From: Vicinamibacterales bacterium | GTDB taxonomy: Bacteria > Acidobacteriota > Vicinamibacteria > Vicinamibacterales > UBA8438 | Reading direction: 5' to 3' | Length of the DNA: 64,000 bases | NCBI GenBank assembly: GCA_965214845.1 | Contig: CBDCCO010000007.1 | Span: 1,137,030 to 1,201,029, forward strand | In this document: positions 17,223 through 27,180 of the stretch, one piece after another | How positions within the stretch are numbered: position 1 is the first letter of the stretch | Layout: every line of letters starts with the position of its first letter | Translations under genes and position numbers: made by a program | The notes under the pieces: model-generated | Told to the model about the DNA's origin: nothing | The model's database searches: none | The model's input: the letters and a program-made list of their open reading frames with translations, nothing else

Positions 17223-17362
17223 CGCTTCCTCCTTGCGCCCCCGCGGCGCCTGCCGCGCCGGGCCGGGCGGGTCCTCTCGAGCTCCCGCGCGGCTCCGTGG
17301 CCGCCCGGGCGGTGTCCGGTTCTCGTGTCGGGTCGTGGTGTCCGGGCGGCGCGGCCTGCCGT

Positions 17363-17581
17363 TCAGGCCGTCCGCCGTTCGGCCGCGGCGCGGCGGCCGA
17401 GAGTCCGCCGGCGCGTCCGCGCCGCTTCCTTGCGGTGCAGCGTGCGGCGGCGCATGCACTCCTGGCAGCGTCCCGGGTGGCCGAGGACCCGCCCGCACGT
17501 CTCGTCGTCCGGGGGCCACTCGGGCCCCGGACAGATCCACTGCCGCGCCTCGCGCCGCTCGCGCGCCCGTTCGTCGAGCAT
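17363..17581 (-). CDS. small zinc-ribbon-like protein with basic tail
   Basis: 72 aa: WICPGPEWPPDDETCGRVLGHPGRCQECMRRRTLHRKEAARTRRR. It has the same architecture as 6791..7012, 37484..37918 and 42751..43197. Confidence 0.4.
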   Translation of the reverse strand: MLDERARERREARQWICPGPEWPPDDETCGRVLGHPGRCQECMRRRTLHRKEAARTRRRTLGRRAAAERRTA

Positions 17582-17635
17582 TCGCCTCCCCCGTTCCCGG
17601 CGGCGGGCGCCGCCGGGCGTCCCGCCGGCGAGAGT

Positions 17636-18838
17636 CTACGGCGGTCCGCGGCGCCGGGGCCGGCGCCGCCCGGCCAGCAACCGCACCGCGAGCCTGAGCG
17701 CCCCTTCGGCGCCGCCGCCGCGGCCGGCGCGGTGGTCGCAGAGGTTCGCGGCCGCGGCGCCGATCCCGATCGCGAGCATCGTCGCCGCCACGGTCTCCTC
17801 GGCGCCGAGCCGGCCGTGCAGGCCGAACCCCCAGCCCTGCGCGAAGGCCGCCAGCCCCAGCGTCGCCGTCAGCGCGGCCGTCAGGCTGCGGCGTCCGCAG
17901 GCCGCCGCCCAGCCCCCCGGTCCGCGGGCCCAGAGCCGCCGGGGCGCGTGCGTCGCCGCGGCCACCGCGGCGGCGGCCAGCAGCGCGCCGCCCGCGTAGG
18001 TCGCCGCCTGCCACAGGCTCACCGCCCACGGGTCGTGCCCGCTCGCTGCGCCGGCCCAGGCCGCGCCGCCCGTCAGGACCAGGCCGGCCGCGGCCAGCAG
18101 CGGCGGCGCGGCCGGGTGGAGCCTGGCGTGGCGCCCCTCGCGCTGCCACCAGATCCCGGCCAGCATGCCGGCGCCGGCCTGCCAGATGAGCCGGAAGGGG
18201 TAGATGGTCTCGAGCTGGTCGAGCAGCTGCGAGAGGCGCACGGCCGTGGCCGCCGCCCAGGACCCGGCGTAGCCGGCCGTCTCCCACGCGTTGTAGTCGG
18301 CGCTGCCGAACGTGACCGGCTCGTGCGGCAGCCGGCTGCCGAGCAGCAGCAGGCCCTGGCCGTCGTTCCATGGCAGCCCGCCGGCGAGTCCTATCCCGGC
18401 GGCCAGCGCCGCCACGCCCCAGGGGGGGCTCTCGCGGTCCTCGGCCGCCCGCGTCAGCAGCAGCGCCACCAGCCCGAAGGGCAGCAGGATGCCGCCCGGC
18501 CAGAGGCCGACGGCGACCGCGGCGCCCAGGACGGCCAGTGCCGCGGCGCGGGCGCAGTGCGTGCGCCGCCAGCCGGGCCCCGGGTCCTGCTCGCGGCCCG
18601 CCGCCAGCGCGGCGCCCATCGCCGCCGCGAGCAGCCACACGCCGGTCTCGTCGGCCAGCGTCTCGGTCGCCAGCCACCAGGCGCGGGACGCCGGCGTGTG
18701 ACCTTCAGGGACGTCCGGGTCGAGCAGGTGCGCGCGGGGGTGCAGGAGCCAGCGGGCGGCGACCGTCAGGGCGGCCAGCGTCCCGGCCCCGCGGACGGCG
18801 TCGAGCCAGCCGATTCTGCCGGGAGCCGCCGGGATCAT
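17636..18838 (-). CDS. polytopic membrane protein (DUF418/DUF1624, YeiB-like; tentative)
   Basis: Internal ATG at 18838 in ORF 17636..19204: MIPAAPGRIGWLDAVRGAGTLAALTV.., followed by ~9 hydrophobic segments. It overlaps the upstream stop by 4 nt (ATGA). Confidence 0.5.
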   Translation of the reverse strand: MIPAAPGRIGWLDAVRGAGTLAALTVAARWLLHPRAHLLDPDVPEGHTPASRAWWLATETLADETGVWLLAAAMGAALAAGREQDPGPGWRRTHCARAAALAVLGAAVAVGLWPGGILLPFGLVALLLTRAAEDRESPPWGVAALAAGIGLAGGLPWNDGQGLLLLGSRLPHEPVTFGSADYNAWETAGYAGSWAAATAVRLSQLLDQLETIYPFRLIWQAGAGMLAGIWWQREGRHARLHPAAPPLLAAAGLVLTGGAAWAGAASGHDPWAVSLWQAATYAGGALLAAAAVAAATHAPRRLWARGPGGWAAACGRRSLTAALTATLGLAAFAQGWGFGLHGRLGAEETVAATMLAIGIGAAAANLCDHRAGRGGGAEGALRLAVRLLAGRRRPRRRGPP

Positions 18839-19398
18839 GCCGCCGGGAGCGGCCCGGAGCCGTCGGCGGAAGGCCCCTCCTCGCTGTCGTCCGCGGCGGA
18901 GCGCTCGCCCGCCCCGGCGCCGCGCAACGCGGGCGCCGGCGGCGTCTCGTCCTGGCGCGGCCCGGCCGCCGGGTCGGGGCCCACCGGCGGCGGGGGCGGC
19001 TCGCCGCCGCGCGCCGCGGCGAGCATCTCGTGGCTTTCGATCCAGTTCGCGATGTGTGCGGGGTTCGCCGGGGTCTCGCCGGTCAGTACCGCGTCGGCGG
19101 CCTGGCGCAGCAGGATGGCTGTCGCGGTCCGCTCCGGCGTGCAGCGCTCGGCTGCGCGCAGGGCGGCCCCGGCGTCGCGGAACGGGCCCTGCTGGCGTGC
19201 GCACGCCGTGCGCCAGCGGAGGCTCGCCGCCAGGTCTTCCGTGCCGGCGTTCGCCGGCACGGGCGTCCAGTACCAGCCGCTGGCCAGGCCGTCGTCCTCC
19301 GGCTCGTTCATCAGGAGCAGCGCCGTGGCGACGTGGTGCTCGCCGCCTGTCGCCTCGTGGAGGATCACGGCCTTCTCGGGCGGGCTGCCCAGTATCAT
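18835..19398 (-). CDS. hypothetical protein
   Basis: 187 aa: MILGSPPEKAVILHEATGGEHHVATALLLMNEPEDDGLASGWYWTPVPANAG... It is translationally coupled to the downstream gene. Confidence 0.5.
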   Translation of the reverse strand: MILGSPPEKAVILHEATGGEHHVATALLLMNEPEDDGLASGWYWTPVPANAGTEDLAASLRWRTACARQQGPFRDAGAALRAAERCTPERTATAILLRQAADAVLTGETPANPAHIANWIESHEMLAAARGGEPPPPPVGPDPAAGPRQDETPPAPALRGAGAGERSAADDSEEGPSADGSGPLPAA

Positions 19399-19525
19399 CC
19401 GCTGCCGCCTTCCTGCCTGTTCCCGGCCGCCGGGGGCGTGGTGAGGGCGCCCGCCGCGCGATGCGCGGCGGCAGTCGCGGCGGGCCGTGTTGGGGGCCGC
19501 GCCGGCGGCTGGCCTGCGCCCGCGG

Positions 19526-20602
19526 CTAATGTACCAGCGCCGGGTCCGGACCGTGCCGCGGCGCGTCGTCCGGGTCGTTCGGCGCGTTCCACCAGGGCAC
19601 CTCGCTCACCGAGGGCAGGACCGCCAGCTGCAGGCGCATCCGCCGCTCGATGTCCTCGTCCTCGAGGGCGCGCCGCGCCAGCGCCCAGGCCAGGTCGCGG
19701 ACGCTCCTCAGCCCCGGCTCGCCGGCCGCCGCGCGCCGGCGCGACGTGTCGTGTGCAACGAGCAGCCGGCGCGGCACGTCGGCCCCGAACCGCGGCCCGG
19801 CGACCGCGCCCGCCCAGGCGGCCAGGGTCGGCCGGCTCAGTCCGTCCGTGCTCCACATGGCCAGCAGGTGGGCGCTCGTGTCGAGCACCTCCCCCATCAG
19901 GTCGATGCACTCGCCGCCGGCCAGCGGGCCCATCCGCAGCCGGCGGCCCCGCACCCGGGCCCCCGCGGCCTGCCCGATGATCTCGGCGCCGCTCGCCAGG
20001 TCGAGCCAGCTGGCCTGAACGACCAGGTCCGGGCTGCACACGTCGTGCCGGACGGTGATGGCGCCGGCCAGCGGCCGGGCCCCGGCCCGCCCGTCGGGCG
20101 CGCCCGGCCAGAGGGCGCGCAGCAGCCACCAGTCGCCGCACTCCGTCCAGCGGCACTGCCACTCGACGGGCTCTCCCACGCTGCTCTCGACGGTCGCCGC
20201 GCGCAGCGCGTCGGCGACCGCCTCGGGCGAGACCGTCCGCCCGTTCGGGCCGGTCCCGATGGGGCGCCCGCTCCAGGCCCGCCGCCTGCCGGTGGTCAGC
20301 GCGCCCGCCGGGGGCCAGACCAGGCACACGGCGCTTGTCCGCGGGTGCGGCCGCGCGTCGCGGTCGGCGAGCAGCACGGACTCGGCCGACGGGAGCGCGG
20401 CGCGCAGCGCGTCCCACCCGAACCGGGTCAGGACCGTCTCCTGGCCCCGCCACGTCGTCCGCAGCTCGACCTCGGCCGCCGCGGCCGCGGGCGCCGGGTC
20501 CGCGGCCCCGGCCGCGGCGGCGCGGCAGGCGTCCGGATGCCCGGCTTGCACCTGCCGCTCCGCGGCTGTCCCGGCCAGCTTGGTAATCATCATCGCCGTC
20601 AC
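19526..20602 (-). CDS. hypothetical protein
   Basis: 358 aa: ...EPVEWQCRWTECGDWWLLRALWPGAPDG...ECIDLMGEVLDTSAHLLAMWSTDGLSRPTLAAWAG... It shows a 4-nt ATGA overlap with the upstream gene stop. No family recognised. Confidence 0.5.
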   Translation of the reverse strand: MTAMMITKLAGTAAERQVQAGHPDACRAAAAGAADPAPAAAAAEVELRTTWRGQETVLTRFGWDALRAALPSAESVLLADRDARPHPRTSAVCLVWPPAGALTTGRRRAWSGRPIGTGPNGRTVSPEAVADALRAATVESSVGEPVEWQCRWTECGDWWLLRALWPGAPDGRAGARPLAGAITVRHDVCSPDLVVQASWLDLASGAEIIGQAAGARVRGRRLRMGPLAGGECIDLMGEVLDTSAHLLAMWSTDGLSRPTLAAWAGAVAGPRFGADVPRRLLVAHDTSRRRAAAGEPGLRSVRDLAWALARRALEDEDIERRMRLQLAVLPSVSEVPWWNAPNDPDDAPRHGPDPALVH

Positions 20603-21204
20603 TCTCCTCTGCGCGCCGGGGCCGCGCCGCCCTGGCCCGGCTCTTCGTCGAGCGTACCGATGATTGGCGGCGGGGCGCCGCTCCCGCCCGCCGGGACCCG
20701 GAACAGGCCGGCCAGGTAGCGCGCCCCGGCGCGCCCCTCGCCGCCTTCGGCGCCGGTGCCGAAGGCGCGCCAGGCGCCGGCGGCATCGGTGAACGCCAGC
20801 CGCGCGCCGCAGAGCGCGCCGTCGATCCCCACGGCCGCCTCGACCCGCACCGCCGGGCCCGAGGCGGCGAGCAGCAGCGCCGCCGCGTCGGCCTCGACCC
20901 GGCCGTCGCTCTCGGGCACGGTCCAGCCCAGCCGCCGCACGAGCAGCGCCCGCACGAGGCGCCGGGCCGCCCGGTCGACCTCCGCCGCCGCCCCGAAGCG
21001 CCGCGTGCGGCGGACGCTCTCGCGCCAGACGACGGCGGGGGGCCCGGCCCGGCGGTCGACCTCGAGCCGGTGCCTGGCGGCAGCGGTTGGCGAGATCCGG
21101 CCTGTGGCTGCCGCCTCGGCCGCCGCGGCCAGCGCGTCGAGCGTGCGCGCCCAGCTCGCCGCGGCCAGCCGGGCCGCCTCGGTCTCCGCGTCGCCGGTCG
21201 CCAT
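20599..21204 (-). CDS. hypothetical protein
   Basis: I chose the internal ATG at 21204 (MATGDAETEAARLAAASWARTLDALAAAAEAAATGRISP...), because the upstream 23 codons are Gly/Arg junk. It is Ala-rich, so the call is weak. Confidence 0.35.
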   Translation of the reverse strand: MATGDAETEAARLAAASWARTLDALAAAAEAAATGRISPTAAARHRLEVDRRAGPPAVVWRESVRRTRRFGAAAEVDRAARRLVRALLVRRLGWTVPESDGRVEADAAALLLAASGPAVRVEAAVGIDGALCGARLAFTDAAGAWRAFGTGAEGGEGRAGARYLAGLFRVPAGGSGAPPPIIGTLDEEPGQGGAAPARRGE

Positions 21205-21369
21205 GCCCTGCTCGTTTCCTTCGCCGCCCGCGGGCCGCCCGCGGCCGACGCCCGGTCCCCGTGGCCTGTCCACGGCCGTCGGCCGCCGGGGGTCCCGGCA
21301 GCCGTCCCAGCCGGCCGTGCAGCGCGCGCCGGAGGCCGGGCGCCGGGCGCCGGCGGCCCCGCCGGGCCG

Positions 21370-21765
21370 CTAGCTCGCGTGCCAGCGCTCGAGCGTGCGG
21401 AGCGCCCGGCGCAGCCGGGCCATCGCGGTGGTTCCGTGAGGCTGCGCCGGGTCCGGCTGCTCCGCCCGCGCGGCAGCCAGCGTCTCGGCGGCCGGCGCGG
21501 CGGCCGTGGCCCGCGCCGCCTCGAGCGCCTCGCGGCCGAGCGTCTCGACGAGCTTGTCGTCGACCCGCGCGTGCCGCTCGATCTGCGCCGCGTCGAGCAC
21601 GTCCTCGTCGGTCAGCCGCCGTCCGTCGAGCTCGTAGAGGACCCGGGCCGCCTCGGCGACGGTCGCCGCGCGGGCGCTCCGCGCCTCGCCGCCCCGGGTC
21701 CAGCGGACCAGCCAGCCGCCGCCCTCGGCCTCGACCCGCGCGCCGGCGAGCCGGTCCGCTGTCAC
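21370..21765 (-). CDS. hypothetical protein (131 aa)
   Basis: The GTG at 21765 overlaps the upstream stop (GTGA). VTADRLAGARVEAEGGGWLVRWTRGGEARSARAATVAEAARVLYELDGRRLTDEDVLDAAQIERHARVDDKLVETLG... Confidence 0.4.
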   Translation of the reverse strand: MTADRLAGARVEAEGGGWLVRWTRGGEARSARAATVAEAARVLYELDGRRLTDEDVLDAAQIERHARVDDKLVETLGREALEAARATAAAPAAETLAAARAEQPDPAQPHGTTAMARLRRALRTLERWHAS

Positions 21766-22910
21766 TGGCCGGCCCCCGGCCGCGCCGCCGGGCGCAGCCC
21801 CTCGATCTGCGGCGTCGCCGCGTCGGTCCAGAACCGGTCCGCCCCGCACCGGGGGCGGAGGCGCTCGGCCGCCGCGCGGACGCCGGCGGCCTCCGCGGCG
21901 GCGAGCCGGCGCGGCCGGCCGCCCTCGAGGAGCCGCAGCCATGAGCCGTCTTCGACGACCACGGCGGGCTCGCCGCGGGCCAGCCGGACGTCGAGCTCCC
22001 ACGGGCGCCTCTCGTCGTACGGGTCGGCGCCCTGCTGGTCCCGCAGCGGCGAGGCGGCGCACAGCCGCTCGAACAGCCAGCCGGTCCCGGCCTCCACCGT
22101 CCAGTTCTCGCCGCCGGCGCGCTCGACCCACAGCGTCAGCCGCGCGCCGGGGCCGGCCGCCTGCGGCCGCCCGGCGAGCCGCCCGGCGGCGGCCAGCAGG
22201 GCCAGGCGCGGCGCGCGCGGGCGCACCCCGGCGGCGTCGCGCGCCGCCGCCAGGCAGGCCGTCTCGAGGTCGCGCAGCGGCATCTCGCAGCGACGGCCGG
22301 CGATGCGCACGGCCGGCCCGCCGGCCTCGAGCCCGCAGACCTCGACCGCGGACGAGCCGGCCTCCTCGAGCAGTACGCGCACGGGCCGCGGCCGGAGCCC
22401 CGGCTCGTGCGGCGCCGCGGCGTCAATCCGCAAACGCGCCGGCCCGCGGCCCCCGTAGCGCCCGGCGAGCGGGGGGGCCGCCTGCCGCACGCCGGTCCAG
22501 GCCTCGCCGGGCGCGGACGCCGCCGCCGAGTCCATCCATGCGGCCAGGGCGCCGGCCGCCGCGCGGCGCACGGCGGGGGGCGTGTCGGCCAGCGCGGCCT
22601 CGCGCCCGCGGGCCGCCCCGGCCGCCGCGCGGACGGCGGCGTCGCCGAAGCCGGCCGCCGCCCGGCGCGCCGTGAGCACCAGGGGCGTCCCGCACGGGTC
22701 GCACCCTCCGCCGCACAGGCGGCCCGCCTCGGCGAGCGGGTCGGCCCCCGGCGGCGCGGCGAGGAGCACCCCGGCGGGCCGCCGCCGCGGCGGGAGGCCG
22801 GGCCCGGGCGGCTCGCAGGCCGGGCCCGGCACGTCGCGCTCGGGCCCGGCGGCCCCCGGCGCCGCCGGCAGGTACCACAGCACCAGCCCGTCCAGCGTGT
22901 CGTCGTTCAT
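21762..22910 (-). CDS. hypothetical protein (382 aa), first gene of a minus-strand ORFan operon
   Basis: Internal ATG at 22910: MNDDTLDGLVLWYLPAAP...LTLWVERAGGENWTVEAGTGWLFERLCAASPLRDQQGADPYDERRPWELDVRLARGEPAVVVEDGSWLRLLE. It is divergent from topA. Confidence 0.45.
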   Translation of the reverse strand: MNDDTLDGLVLWYLPAAPGAAGPERDVPGPACEPPGPGLPPRRRPAGVLLAAPPGADPLAEAGRLCGGGCDPCGTPLVLTARRAAAGFGDAAVRAAAGAARGREAALADTPPAVRRAAAGALAAWMDSAAASAPGEAWTGVRQAAPPLAGRYGGRGPARLRIDAAAPHEPGLRPRPVRVLLEEAGSSAVEVCGLEAGGPAVRIAGRRCEMPLRDLETACLAAARDAAGVRPRAPRLALLAAAGRLAGRPQAAGPGARLTLWVERAGGENWTVEAGTGWLFERLCAASPLRDQQGADPYDERRPWELDVRLARGEPAVVVEDGSWLRLLEGGRPRRLAAAEAAGVRAAAERLRPRCGADRFWTDAATPQIEGLRPAARPGAGQ

Positions 22911-22960
22911 CGTGTTCTCCGGTCTTCCGGTCCGCCCTGCGCGCTGGTCCCGCCCGCGAG

Positions 22961-22974
22961 CCCAACGCGTTGGG
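22961..22974. promoter_or_regulatory. CCCAACGCGTTGGG palindrome in a divergent promoter region
   Basis: Perfect 14-mer, 51 nt upstream of the minus-strand start at 22910 and 43 nt upstream of the topA ATG at 23017. Confidence 0.55.
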
Positions 22975-23016
22975 TGGTCCGCAGTGCGGCGGGCGCGCCG
23001 GGCTAGTCTTGTCCTC

Positions 23017-25152
23017 ATGCCGACGCTCGTCATCGTCGAATCGCCGGGCAAGTGCCGGAAGATCAACGAGATCCTCGGGCGGGACTACCTGGTCCGGGCC
23101 TCGCTGGGGCACATCCGCGACCTGCCGCAGCCGTCCCGCAAGGCGGCGCGGCCCGCGGGGGGCGACGCCCTCGGGATCGACATCCCGGGCGGCTGGACGC
23201 CCCGCTGGGAGGTCCTCGAGGGCAAGGAGAAGGTCGCCGCCGAGCTGCGGCGGCTCGGCGGCTCGGGCCCGGTCTTCCTCGCCACCGACCTCGACCGCGA
23301 GGGCGAGGCCATCGCCTGGCACCTGCGCGACCTGCTCGGCGGCGACGAGTCGCGCTTCCGCCGGGTCACCTTCTCGGAGATCACCCCGGAAGCCGTCCGC
23401 GCCGCGTTCGCCGAGCCCCGCGGTATCGACTACGACCTGGTCCGCGCCCAGGAGGCGCGCCGGTTCATCGACCGGGTGGTCGGCTTCACGGTCTCGCCGC
23501 TGCTCTGCCGCCGGCTCGACGCGCGGCTCTCGGCCGGCCGCGTGCAGTCGGCCGCGCTGCGCATCCTCGCCGACCGCGACGAGCAGGTCCGGACGTTCTC
23601 GCCGGCCGAGTTCCACGGGGTCGACGTGGCGCTGCCGCTCTCGGGCGCCGACGACGTCACGGCCCAGGCGGTCGACGCCGAGGGCAACGTGCGGCGCTTC
23701 GACGAGCGCGGCGAGGCCGAGGCGCTCTCGGCCCGGCTCGCCGCGTCCGCGGTCCGCCTCGACCACGTCGACGAGGCGGAGACGGCGCAGCGCCCGAAGC
23801 CGCCCTTCACGACGTCGACCCTCCAGCAGGCCGCCTCGTCGATGCTCAAGCTGCCGGTCTCGCAGACGATGGCGCTGGCGCAGAAGCTCTACGAGGCGGG
23901 CCGCATCACCTACATGCGCTCGGACGCGGTCTTCGTCGCCGAGGGCGCCCAACAGGCCGCCCGCTCGTGGCTCGAGGCCGCCTTCGGCCCCGAGGCCCTG
24001 CCGGCCGAGCCGCCCGCCTACGCCTCGAAGTCCGGGGCGCAGGAGGCCCACGAGGCCATCCGGCCGACCGACCCGGCCGTCGGGCGCGAGGCCGTGGCCG
24101 ACGAGGGCGAGGCCGCGCTCTACGACCTGATCCGGCGCCGCCTGCTGGCCTCGCAGATGGCCCCGGCGCGCATCCGGCGCACCACCTGGAAGCTCACCGG
24201 ACTCACCGCCGAGGGCCCGGCGGCGCTGGCCGCGAAGGGCCGGACGGTCGTCTCGCCGGGCTTCCATCTGGTGCTGCCGCCGGCGTCAGCGGCCGACGAG
24301 CCGCCGCCGGTCCCGGCGCTCGGGCCGGGGGCCGAGTGGCCGGCCGGGTCCGTGCGCCCGGCGGTCTCCACGTCGTGGACCAAGCCGCCGCCGCGCTACA
24401 CCGAGGCGTCGCTGGTGGCCGAGCTCGAGTCGGCCGGCGTCGGCCGGCCGTCGACCTACGCGAGCATCCTCAAGGTGCTCGTCGAGCGCGCGTACGTGCT
24501 CGTCGACCGGCGCGTGTTCGTCGTCACGCCGCTCGGGCGGCTGGTCAACGACCGGCTCTCGCGGCACTTCCCGAAGGTGAACACCGTGGGGTTCACGGCC
24601 GAGCTCGAGGTGTCGCTCGACGAGGTGGCGGCCGGCAGGACGGCCCAGCGCGGCCTGCTCGACGGCTTCTACTCGGCGCTCTCGGGCGAGCTGGCCCGGG
24701 CCGGGCGCGACGCGGCGTTCGCGCCGCCGCCGCCCGGGCGGGCCGAGGGCGCCTGCCCGGGCTGCGGCCAGCCGCCCGTCCTGCGCTTCGGCGGCGGCTC
24801 GCTGCGCCTCATCTGCGGCGGCTGCCGCCTCTTCGGCGACCTCGAGTGGAGTCCGAAGCGCGCCCGGCGCGAGAAGAAGAAGGCCGAGTCGGCCGAGCGG
24901 GCCGCCGCCGAGCAGGCCGCCGCCGACCAGCGGCTGCAGCCGCGCTGCGCCCGCTGCGGCGGCGCCGAGCAGCGCTGGAAGGTCTCGACCGGCGGCGAGC
25001 TGCACCTGTGCCAGGCGTGGCCGCGCTGCGCCGGCGCCCGCTACGAGCCGGGCCGCGCCCCGGCGGCCCCGCGCCGGCCGGCTGCCGCGCGGCCGGGCGC
25101 CCGGCGGGCCCCGGCGGCCGCGGGCCGCGGCCGCGGGCGCGGTGGCCGCTGA
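23017..25152 (+). CDS. topA: type IA DNA topoisomerase with C-terminal zinc ribbons
   Basis: Internal ATG at 23017: MPTLVIVESPGKCRKINEILGRDYLVRASLGHIRDLP (Toprim), ...ATDLDREGEAIAWH..., ITYMRSD (active-site Tyr region). The C-terminus reads CPGCGQPPVLRFGGGSLRLICGGC and CARCGG...LHLCQAWPRC. Confidence 0.9.
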   Translation: MPTLVIVESPGKCRKINEILGRDYLVRASLGHIRDLPQPSRKAARPAGGDALGIDIPGGWTPRWEVLEGKEKVAAELRRLGGSGPVFLATDLDREGEAIAWHLRDLLGGDESRFRRVTFSEITPEAVRAAFAEPRGIDYDLVRAQEARRFIDRVVGFTVSPLLCRRLDARLSAGRVQSAALRILADRDEQVRTFSPAEFHGVDVALPLSGADDVTAQAVDAEGNVRRFDERGEAEALSARLAASAVRLDHVDEAETAQRPKPPFTTSTLQQAASSMLKLPVSQTMALAQKLYEAGRITYMRSDAVFVAEGAQQAARSWLEAAFGPEALPAEPPAYASKSGAQEAHEAIRPTDPAVGREAVADEGEAALYDLIRRRLLASQMAPARIRRTTWKLTGLTAEGPAALAAKGRTVVSPGFHLVLPPASAADEPPPVPALGPGAEWPAGSVRPAVSTSWTKPPPRYTEASLVAELESAGVGRPSTYASILKVLVERAYVLVDRRVFVVTPLGRLVNDRLSRHFPKVNTVGFTAELEVSLDEVAAGRTAQRGLLDGFYSALSGELARAGRDAAFAPPPPGRAEGACPGCGQPPVLRFGGGSLRLICGGCRLFGDLEWSPKRARREKKKAESAERAAAEQAAADQRLQPRCARCGGAEQRWKVSTGGELHLCQAWPRCAGARYEPGRAPAAPRRPAAARPGARRAPAAAGRGRGRGGR

Positions 25153-25536
25153 CGCCGGTGCGTTGCCCTCGGGTCGCTCGCGGCCGCACGCACCGGGAAC
25201 CGGAGCTGGCCGTGGCCTGGCGGGGCTGGAATACCCCGATCACGACGTGCGGGCGGTCCGGGAACGCCGGCGGCGGCCGCGAGCACTTCCTTCCTCTCTG
25301 CTCTCCTGCGCCGCGCCGGCTGCGGATCACGATCCTGCCCGGCGGGTTTCACGTGGAACCACGGACCGTATGCTTGCGGCCGTTCAGGAGACCTGCGAGC
25401 AACCGCCGGCTGGCAGCTCGGCCGGACGAGGCGCCGGACGGCTGGTGTCCCGGAGCAGGTCGTCGGGGTCGCAACGCCGGCGGGCCTCCCGGGCGAGGCC
25501 GTCACCGGCAAGCGTGTGGTGAAGGGGGAAGAGATC

Positions 25537-26418
25537 ATGAGGCAGGGACATCGAGGGTTGATCGCAGCGTCGTGCTGCGTCTGGCTGTTGGCTGTGGCAG
25601 GGCCCGCCGGTGGCCAGGACGCGTACGTGACCGACTTGCGCAGCCTCCTGGCGGACCGGGGCGACGCTGATGTGCAGTCCATCCTCGGCGACACGTACGC
25701 CATCGGCCGGGGCGTGCGGCAGGATTACGTGGAAGCCGTCCGCTGGTACCGTCTTTCGGCCGGCCAGGGCCACGCCCGCGGGCAGTACAACCTCGGCGTC
25801 ATGTACGACTACGGCTGGGGCGTGGAGCAGGACGACGGGGAGACCGTCCGCTGGTACCGCCTCGCCGCCGACCAGGGCCTCGCCAGCGCGCAGGTCAACC
25901 TCGGCTTCATGTACCACCTTGGCCGGGGCGTGGAGCAGGATTATGCGGAAGCCGCCCGCTGGTTCCGCCTTGCGGCGGACCAGGGCCTCGCCAGCGCGCA
26001 GTACAACCTCGGCCTGGCGTACGCCGACGGCCAGGGTGTGGAGCAGGACGACGGGGAAGCCGCCCGCTGGTACCGCCTCGCGGCCGACCAGGGCCACGCC
26101 GACGCGCAGGTCAACCTCGGCGTCATGTACTACTTCGGCCGGGGCGTGGCGCCGGACGACGCGGAATCCGCCCGCTGGTACCGTCTCGCGGCGGACCAGG
26201 GCCTCGCCAGCGCGCAGGTCAACCTCAGCCTCGCGTACGCCAACGGCGAGGGCGTGCCGCTGGATTACGTCGCTGCGCACCTGTGGGCGAGTCTCGCCGC
26301 AGTGCAGGGCCAGGAAACTGGGCGCGAGCTCCGCGACTATCTCGCCCGGAACATGAGCGCCGAACAGATCGCCGCCGCCCGGCGAGCTGCACGCGAGTGG
26401 CGTCCCGCGCACCGGTAG
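25537..26418 (+). CDS. secreted Sel1-like repeat (SLR/TPR) protein
   Basis: Signal-like MRQGHRGLIAASCCVWLLAVAGPAGG, followed by ~7 repeats of the type GVxQDxxEAxRWYRLAADQGxAxAQxNLGxMY. Confidence 0.85.
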   Translation: MRQGHRGLIAASCCVWLLAVAGPAGGQDAYVTDLRSLLADRGDADVQSILGDTYAIGRGVRQDYVEAVRWYRLSAGQGHARGQYNLGVMYDYGWGVEQDDGETVRWYRLAADQGLASAQVNLGFMYHLGRGVEQDYAEAARWFRLAADQGLASAQYNLGLAYADGQGVEQDDGEAARWYRLAADQGHADAQVNLGVMYYFGRGVAPDDAESARWYRLAADQGLASAQVNLSLAYANGEGVPLDYVAAHLWASLAAVQGQETGRELRDYLARNMSAEQIAAARRAAREWRPAHR

Positions 26419-26570
26419 AGCGATGAAGTGGAGCTCGGCTGGATCAGGTGCCGGGGAAATGTCTGGTGCAGGGCAGGGAGATAATGGTGAACTCTCCCTG
26501 GTAGTCGAGGCGGGAGCGGGAAGGCGGGCGCCGCGGCGGCCCGGGCGGGAACGCCGCGGCCCCCGCGGCC

Positions 26571-27080
26571 TCAGAACCGGAGGCCTGCCCCCATCAGCAC
26601 GTGGGTGTGGCTGTCGAAGTCGAGGCCGGCGCGCAGCCGCAGGTTGCCGGCCACCCGGTAGCTGACCCCGATCCCGCCGCGCGGCTGGAAGTCGGTCGCC
26701 GTCCTCCGGGAGCCCGGCCCCTTCGCCCAGCCGACCTCGGCGCCCAGCAGGAAGTGCCCGAAGAAGGCGCCCGACTCGCTGAAGCTGAGCCGCACGCCGG
26801 GGCCGGCCCCGAAGTAGACGCTCTGCTGTCCCCCGGCCCTGTGCTGGTTCGAGAACGTGGCGTTGGCGGCCAGGGTGACCGGCCCGAACCGGGGCGCGTC
26901 GTAGTGGAAGCCGACGCCGCCCACGCGGCCGCTGCCCTCCCCGGCGTTCGTCGTCAGCTGGTAGCTGATGCCCAGCTCGCTGCCGCCAGCCAGCGGCTGC
27001 GCCCAGGCGCCGGGCGCCGCCAGCGGCGCCATCACCAGTGCCATCGTCGCGGCCAGCGCCGCCATCAGTCGTGTCCTCAT
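26571..27080 (-). CDS. small outer-membrane beta-barrel protein (OmpW/OmpX-like class)
   Basis: Internal ATG at 27080: MRTRLMAALAATMALVMAPLAAPGAWAQ is a signal peptide. The body shows alternating beta-strand patterning and ends with the C-terminal F (...LMGAGLRF). Confidence 0.7.
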   Translation of the reverse strand: MRTRLMAALAATMALVMAPLAAPGAWAQPLAGGSELGISYQLTTNAGEGSGRVGGVGFHYDAPRFGPVTLAANATFSNQHRAGGQQSVYFGAGPGVRLSFSESGAFFGHFLLGAEVGWAKGPGSRRTATDFQPRGGIGVSYRVAGNLRLRAGLDFDSHTHVLMGAGLRF

Positions 27081-27180
27081 CGTCCGTCTCTCCTTGTGAT
27101 CGGGCTCCGGGCCGCCGCCGCCCCATGCGGCAGCGCGCCTCGCCCGCTGGTTCCGGAATCCGTGCTGTGGGGATGTCCGC

